Source of the DNA: Paraspadella gotoi
Taxonomy: Eukaryota; Animalia; Chaetognatha
NCBI GenBank assembly: GCA_051294375.1
Contig: JBJCIZ010001549.1
Location: 1-7,627 of the forward strand
Length of the DNA stretch: 7,627 bases
Reading direction: 5' to 3'
Shown here: positions 1 through 6,500 of the stretch, in pieces
Numbering within the stretch: the stretch's first letter is position 1
Layout: the number at the start of each line of letters is the position of its first letter
Position numbers and translations under genes: made by a program
The notes under the pieces: model-generated
Told to the model about the DNA's origin: nothing
Database searches by the model: none
What the model saw: the letters and a program-made list of their open reading frames with translations, nothing else

Positions 1-1639
1 GAGAGAGATAAAGTCGTTTCTGTTGTATTTAAGTTTTTATCTTTGAGAGTGAGAGAAAGCTACATAAAATTAAAGAGAGAAGAGAGAAGGAGACATAAAA
101 ATAAAAGAGAGGAAATTTGTTGTTTGATAAAAAGATATTTAATAACTGTCCTCACCAAATTTAACAACCTCGATGATGTTATTTGCAGAAGTATTTAACG
201 TTTTTATTTCTTTTTTCTTAAAAATATCGTTTTCCGGTGTTTTAAGAAATTTTTTATCTCTTTTTACATTGGAAAAAGCGTTTTCTTTGTTTTTAAAGTT
301 GTTATCTCTTTGGAAATATCGTCTGCCGGTGTATTTAACGTTTTTATTACTTTTTACTTTAGAAAAGTCGTTTATCGGTGTTTTTTAACTCTTTTTACAT
401 TGGAAAAAACGTTTGCCGTTTTTTTTTTAAGTTTTTATTCTTTTTACATTGGAAAAATCGTTTTCTGTTATTTTTAAAGTTTTATATCTTTTATAGAGAA
501 AAAGTCGTTTTCTGGTGTATTTAACGTTTTTATCATTGAGAGTGAGAGAAGCTACATAAAATTAAAGAGAAAAGAGAGAGAAAGGAGACATAAAAATAAA
601 AGAGAGGAAATTGTTTGTTTGTTTTGATAAAAAGATATTTAATAACTGTCCTCAACCCAATTTTAAAAACCTCGATGATGTATTTTGCAGAAGTATTTAA
701 CGTTTTTATTTCTTTTTTCTTTAAAAATATCGTTTTCCGGTGTTTTAGAAATTTTTTATCTCTTTTTACATTGGAAAAAGCGTTTTTCTTTGTTTTTAAA
801 GTTGTTATCTCTTTGGAAATATCGTCTGCCGCTGTATTTAACGTTTTTATCACTTTTTACTTTAGAAAAGTCGTTTATCGTGTTTTTTAACTCTTTTAAC
901 ATTGGAAAAAACGTTTGCCGTTTTTTTTTAAAGTTTTTTATCTTTTTACATTGGAAAAAATCGTTTTCTGTATTTTTAAAGTTTTCATATCTTTTTACAG
1001 AGAAAAAGTCGTTTTCTGGTGTATTTAACGTTTTTATCTTTTGAGAGTGAGAGAAAGCTACATAAAATTAAAGAGAAAAGAGAGAGAGAAGGAGACATAA
1101 AAATAAAAAGAGAGGAAATTTGTTTGTTTTGATAAAAAGATATTTAATAACTGTCCCACCCAATTTTAACAACCTCGATGATGTTTTTTGCAGAAGTATT
1201 TAACGTTTTTATTTCTTTTTTCTTTGAAAATATCGTTTTCCGGTGTTTTAGAAATTTTTTATCTCTTTTTACATTGGAAAAAGCGTTTTTTCTTGTTTTT
1301 AAAGTTGTTATCTCTTTGGAAATATCGTCTGCCGGTGTATTTAACATTTTTTATTACTTTTTACTTTAGAAAAGTCGTTTATCGGTGTTTTTTAACTTCT
1401 TTTACATTGGAAAAAACGTTTGCCGTTTTTTTTAAAGTTTTTATTTCTTTACATTGGAAAAAATCGTTTTCTGTTATTTTTAAAGTTTTCATATCTTTTT
1501 ACAGAGAAAAAGTCGTTTTCTGGTGTATTTAACGTTTTTATCTTTGAGAGTGAGAGAAAGCTACATAAAATTAAGAGAAAAGAGAGAGAGAAGGAGACAT
1601 AAAAATAAAAGAAAGGAAATTTGTTTGTTTTGATAAAAA
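1..1639. repeat. AT-rich tandem satellite-like array, unit ~500 bp, ~3.3 copies visible (runs off the left edge; cut on the right by the LTR element)
   Basis: Marker GAGAGTGAGAGAA(A)GCTACATAAAATT recurs at 45, 538, 1043 and 1546 (periods 493, 505, 503). Copies differ mainly in homopolymer lengths. Each unit is a ~150 bp purine-rich block plus ~7 T-rich subrepeats. Confidence 0.95.
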
Positions 1640-2220
1640 TGTAGACAGGATTCGATCCTGGAAACTAACGTCTGGTTGTCTGGATATTCCGGTTCAGAGC
1701 CACCCAGACAACTGAAAACTTCTAATTCAAATTCAACTACTTATGTCTTTAATCGAATCAGAGATCTTTTGTTTTATCTTTGTTACCCATTTCTCTGGAA
1801 GATGGCTGAACATTTTATTCTCTGTTTTGTTTACTTATGTTCTGTTTTGACTGAGTTAATTCAGTCTCGATATATTATCATGAAATATATGACGCAATCT
1901 TTTATCACAACTTTTATCACTCGTTTTTAATTCTCTCATCTAATGTAAATAACTACATTATTAGAAAGATGAAATTAAACTAATTCGAATTACTAAATAA
2001 ACATTAATCAAAGGATTAATATTATACAAATCGAATCAGTAAATTGTGATAGTAAAGAAAAAGAGATGCTAAACAAAAATATCTCATTGATCATCACACT
2101 TTTCCCTGCAACGTGATCGCCTATGATATCACATCAATGACGCCAACGTCTTAGTAGTGCAACGATCCAGTTGTCAAGCTGCTCAGTCACGCTGTGGCTA
2201 AACCTCGCCAACTTGCCACA
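1640..2220 (+). repeat. 5' LTR (581 bp)
   Basis: Begins TGTAGACAGG exactly where the satellite stops; 1640-1678 is identical (39/39) to 7589-7627. Ends ...GCCACA 2 nt before the PBS, giving TGT...ACA termini. The right boundary is inferred from the PBS because the 3' LTR is incomplete. Confidence 0.9.
1996..2001 (+). promoter_or_regulatory. Candidate polyadenylation signal AATAAA in the LTR
   Basis: AATAAA in the LTR, downstream of an initiator-like TCAGT at 1861-1865. Motif only, in AT-rich sequence. Confidence 0.4.
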
Positions 2221-2222
2221 CT

Positions 2223-2236
2223 TGGTGAACCCGTCG
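2223..2236 (+). other. Primer binding site, tRNA-Trp type (TGGTGAACCCGTCG)
   Basis: Starts with TGG (complement of tRNA CCA) 2 nt after the LTR's terminal CA. Resembles the complement of eukaryotic tRNA-Trp 3' ends (TGGTGA[A/C]CCCGACG, recalled from memory). Confidence 0.8.
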
Positions 2237-2418
2237 ATAAACAAGACCGACCGACCAATCGATTCACAGGGGGAAACGGCGACGTCTAGCCTTTTTCAAG
2301 GTAAGATTGGGTTGGGAAATCGGGAATTAAGCTAAATCGCCCAATCCAGCTGACGCTTTTTTCCTTTCCTTAACCCCTCTCCCCCATCGATTCGACGGAG
2401 ACACATCCAGCGCCATCC

Positions 2419-3544
2419 ATGAGCGGGTCAGAACTGCGATCTCGACTGCGCTCAGCTCAACGCGGCCCCGAGGCGCAACAAAGCGAAGCGACACGCCTAC
2501 AAGTCCCATTCGGTTTCGGAAGGGGCACAAGATCAAGGTCGACCTCTCCCATATTCGCCGACGTCGCTCCGACTTTCGAATTCGACCAGACGAGCGCCCA
2601 AAACTTCGAGGACGCCGAGATGGCGACCGCCGGCGCCGGCGATAGAGACTTACGTGACGAAAATGATGAACTTCGCGCTGCTCTCGCTGCTGCAACGCGT
2701 GCTCTCGAGAGAGCCTCCAATCGGAAACCGGAGCTCCCCGAATTCGATACTAGCAACATCGNNNNNNNNNNAAAGCGGGTAGAAGCCGCTTACACGCGGG
2801 CGGGCATAACGACGCCGAAAAATAAATTCGCTCACCTCGAGAGTAAAATAGGGATTAATGTAGATTCCAAAATCAACCAATTTCTCTTTGGTGAGGCCAC
2901 CGAGCAAGCCTGGAGCGACTTCATTATTTACCTCCGCCGAGAATATGGCTTGACTAAGCGCCAGCAGGCAGCTACCATTTTGGATTCCCTCGACGTCGAC
3001 GGCATAAAACCGTCGAGAATATTGGCCCAGTTAGAGGAGAAAACCAAAACCCTCACGCTGGATGATATTAGAAAAGAGAAAGTGATCAGAGAGCTTCCAA
3101 AGGAAATCCTTAGACAACTGGAAGAGAAAGCTGACGAGATGACAGCTACCGAGTTATGTCAATTGGCAGATCGACATTACGAGAACGATGGCAGCTTGAA
3201 GATTCGCCAATCAGCTTCCCTGGTAAACAACATCGCCCGCGATCAGATAGATAGGNNNNNNNNNNAACAACATCGCCCGCGATCAGATAGATAGGGACGA
3301 TTCAGCGTCAGACGAGGAGGAAGCAATCAATGCAATCGACAAGAACCCTCGCAAGCAGTTCAACAACAAGCGACGCCAGAACCAACACCAGAAAGGGAAG
3401 ACTAAGCCTAAGCTTACTACCCTATGCTCAAAACACGTGAAGTTTGGGGATGATGCTTGGACGTGCGACCCAGGATGTTCAAGATTCGAAGAAACGCAGA
3501 ACAAAAAGAGAGAGGGAAACGCACGAGGGGGTCGACGGAGGTGA
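2419..3544 (+). CDS. gag: Gag polyprotein (~361 aa after removing the 40 nt gap artefact), with capsid-like region and CHCC zinc knuckle
   Basis: ELPEFD...KRVEAAY resembles the conserved LPPFW..P.LWF.QVEAQF start of CsRn1-type Gag. After the gap at 3256-3265 the frame shifted by one reads NNIARDQIDRDDSASDEEEAINAIDKNPRKQFNNKRRQNQHQKGKTKPKLTTLCSKHVKFGDDAWTCDPGCSRFEETQNKKREGNARGGRRR* (TGA 3542-3544). Knuckle C-X2-H-X9-C-X3-C at 3425-3478. Confidence 0.88.
3226..3295. other. Assembly gap (10 N, 3256-3265) flanked by an exact 30 bp direct duplication; other 10-N gaps at 2762-2771 and 7460-7469
   Basis: AACAACATCGCCCGCGATCAGATAGATAGG at 3226-3255 and 3266-3295. Removing one copy plus the Ns (40 nt) restores a continuous gag frame. 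Confidence 0.85.
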
Positions 3545-3575
3545 ACGCCGTCCCCCGTGAGGTAGATCATTCACC
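3514..3575 (+). promoter_or_regulatory. Programmed -1 ribosomal frameshift signal: slippery heptamer G_GGA_AAC plus predicted pseudoknot
   Basis: GGGAAAC at 3514-3520 is phased X_XXY_YYZ in the gag frame, inside the gag/pol overlap (pol frame open from 3454). A 6 nt spacer is followed by complementary segments 3527-3538/3548-3556 and 3540-3545/3570-3575. Confidence 0.85.
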
Positions 3576-6500
3576 GGCTCCCAACAATTTGATTTTCATT
3601 CGGGACGCCGGGGATAAGACGAAGTGGCTCGTCGACGGAGGTGCCTTGCTTTCGATTATTCCACCGACCCCTCAGCAGCGAAAAAACGGACCTGAGCCTT
3701 CAATGAAATTACAAGCCGCTAACGGCTCAGCAATCTCCTGCTATGGAACGGTGAACAGAACTGTACAGTTAGGAAATCGAAAATATGATTATACATTCGT
3801 GGTAGCGGATGTAAAGCAATTCATTCTCGGGGCTGACTTTCTCGCCGAGAATTTTCTAGCTCCTAATCATAGAGACGGCCTCCTGATAGATTTACGTGAT
3901 TATTCTACAATCGCAGCTTCAATCTCCGACGAATCAGCTGCTCATGTCAACTTTGTGGATCGCAAAGGCGAAAAATATTATAAGTTGCTAGAGTCTTTCC
4001 CCTCGTTGTCGACACCTACCTTCGAGTTGAAGGAGCCCAAGCATGGGGTTACCCATTCAATTCCTACAGAAGGGCGTCCTTGCCAATCGAGAGCAAGACG
4101 TTTGGACCCCGAAAAACTCGCCGTGGCAAAGCGAGAATTGGAAAAGATGGTTTCCCTTGGCATCGCCAAAAGAGGGAAATCAGAATGGTCATCTCCACTC
4201 CACGTCGTTGCAAAACCTGACGGCGGGTGGAGATGCTGTGGTGACTATCGGCGTCTGAACGCCCAGACCGTCGAGGATAGGTACCCAGTCAAGCTTCTTA
4301 CTGATTTCAACTCTCAGTTGGAAGGAAAATCGATCTTTTCTAAGATCGATCTTCTCAAGGGATACCATCAGATCCCGGTAAACGCTGATGACGTGAAAAA
4401 AACCGCAGTCATAACTCCATTCGGACTGTATGTTTTTCCAAGATGTCCATTCGGTCTCAAGAATGCTGGACAAGATTTCCAGCGACTAATGGATGAAATC
4501 CTAGGGGACATTCCCCATACTTTCGTCTATTTAGACGATATTTTGGTGGCATCGTCCTCTCCCGAGGAACACCTCCAAGACCTGGAAAATGTCTTTAAGG
4601 CATTAGACGCCAACGGATTAGTGGTTAACACCAAAAAATGCATCCTCGGCCAAGATTCGCTCGAATTTCTAGGTTTTCTAGTGGATAAACATGGCGTGAG
4701 ACCATTACCGGAAAGAGTCGAAACGCTGAGGCAAACGACGCGTCCCACATCTATCAAGGAACTCCAAAGGTTCCTTGGTATGATTAACTATTACCGTCGT
4801 TTTATACCAAGAGTTGCCCACCGATGTGCTCCTCTTTATGAGGCACTAAGCGGCAAGCCTAAGTCGCTAAATTGGACAGATGAGTGCGAGAAAGCCTTCG
4901 AGGCCATCAAAGACGGCTTAATAGCTGCAGCCCTTCTCCACCATCCACGTACAGGTGCTCAGCTATGCATCACTACGGATGCGTCAGATCATGCTGTAGG
5001 GGCCGTCCTCGAACAGCGCGGACCCAAAGGTTGGGAACCTTTGGCCTTTTTTTCTGCCAAATTGGCCAACAATCAAAAACTCTGGCCCCCTTTCGATAGG
5101 GAATTATTTGGAGCCTTCCGCGCCGTTAGGCACTTTCGACATTGGGTTGAAGGGCGTGCCTTCACTATTTACACAGATCATCAGAGTTTGGTCTCTGCCA
5201 TCCGTAAAAAAACTGAGCCTCAAACCTGTCGTCAGTCGTACCAACTCTCAGTAATAGCGGAATTCACTACCGATGTGCGCTATTTGAAGGGGAAAGCTAA
5301 CGTGGTGGCCGACGCGTTATCTCGGCCCAACAACGCGCCCACAACGTCATCACGCGACCTCCCCGCGCCACGAGAAGCAAAAATCGTAAAATACGACATC
5401 CCTGCCATCGAATCGCGCCAAACGACATCTACCGCGAGTAAAAAACAACAAAACGATGGCCAGGAAGACGACAAGAACGACGACTCATGCCAAAAGACAG
5501 TTACCACGCCGAAAACGCTGCTAAACGCCACTCAAGAGGAGACCGAAGCCAAACGTGTCAACCAAAAGACAGCTACCGCCGAAATCGAAACGCAAGCGAA
5601 GGGAAAAAACGAGTCGACGATAAAACAAAGCCGACTTGACGACGTTAATGCTGTAATAGCATCACTCACGAGCTTCGACATCGATTTCGAGCAAATGGCT
5701 CGAGAACAGACTCTCGATAGCGACTATCAAAGAATAGCCGACGACGCACGATCAGGTCTCAACTTCAAAAAGATTCGAGTGGGCGAACAAGATTTATTAG
5801 CAGATATATCCAACGGCCCAGCTCGACCGTTCGTGCCAGTCTCATGGAGAAAAAGAGTTTTCGAAATAATCCACGGCCTAGGACATCCAGGAGTAGAAGC
5901 GACCCGAAAGGCAGTAGCTGCTAAATTTGTATGGAATAGTATGAGACAAGATGTCACTCGATGGACTCGAGATTGTAGCGATTGCCAAAAAGCAAAAGTT
6001 ATTCGTCATACGATCCCAGAGATAGGCGAATTTAAAGTACCTGCACGACGATTCCAACATCTCAACCTTGACCTGGTAAAGATGCCCAAGTCAAATGGAT
6101 TTTCCTACCTTCTCACAATTGTAGACCGTTTTTCGCGATGGCCAGCCGCCATTCCACTCCAAAATACACTTACCCCGACTATCATCGATGCGTTAAGTTT
6201 GAATTGGATCAGCGTCTTTGGAACGCCAGCGATTATAACGACAGATAGGGGAAGCCAATTTATGTCGACTTTGTGGCGTCAACTCACAAAACAATGGGGC
6301 ATCAGGCATCAGGCGACAACGGCATACCACCCTCAGGCCAATGGTTTGGTCGAGAGGTTTCACCGACGCCTTAAGGAATCGTTGATGGCCCTCGCTAATG
6401 ATGAGCGAGACAAATGGTATTGGAAGCTACCGATGACGTTACTATCAATCCGTACGACAATCAAGGAAGACATAGGAGCTTCAGCTGCAGAGCTTGTCTT

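Noticed and set aside
173-1602. Eight F/L/K-rich ORFs in the tandem array
   Set aside because: By-products of T/A-rich repeat sequence; frames shift between copies with homopolymer length and there are no recognisable domains.
1-1639. CRISPR-like or prokaryotic repeat-spacer array next to a reverse transcriptase
   Set aside because: Subrepeats are degenerate and contiguous with no unique spacers, there are no cas genes, and the RT is an LTR-retrotransposon type with integrase and LTRs.
1646-1660. tRNA gene suggested by the TTCGA hairpin
   Set aside because: No acceptor, D or anticodon arms could be built around it.
1676-1930. 84 aa ORF in the LTR
   Set aside because: TTG start, AT-rich composition and no homology clue; LTRs are normally non-coding.
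2271-2277. Second GGGAAAC heptamer in the leader
   Set aside because: It lies upstream of the gag ATG and of an in-frame stop at 2371, so it has no evident frameshift role.
3226-3295. Gag frameshift or pseudogene, or a real 30 bp tandem duplication
   Set aside because: The duplication flanks a 10-N placeholder exactly, typical of unmerged overlapping contig ends; collapsing it restores the frame.
3457-3459. Independent pol start codon
   Set aside because: It is a TTG just after an in-frame stop (3451-3453); the downstream slippery site explains pol expression better.
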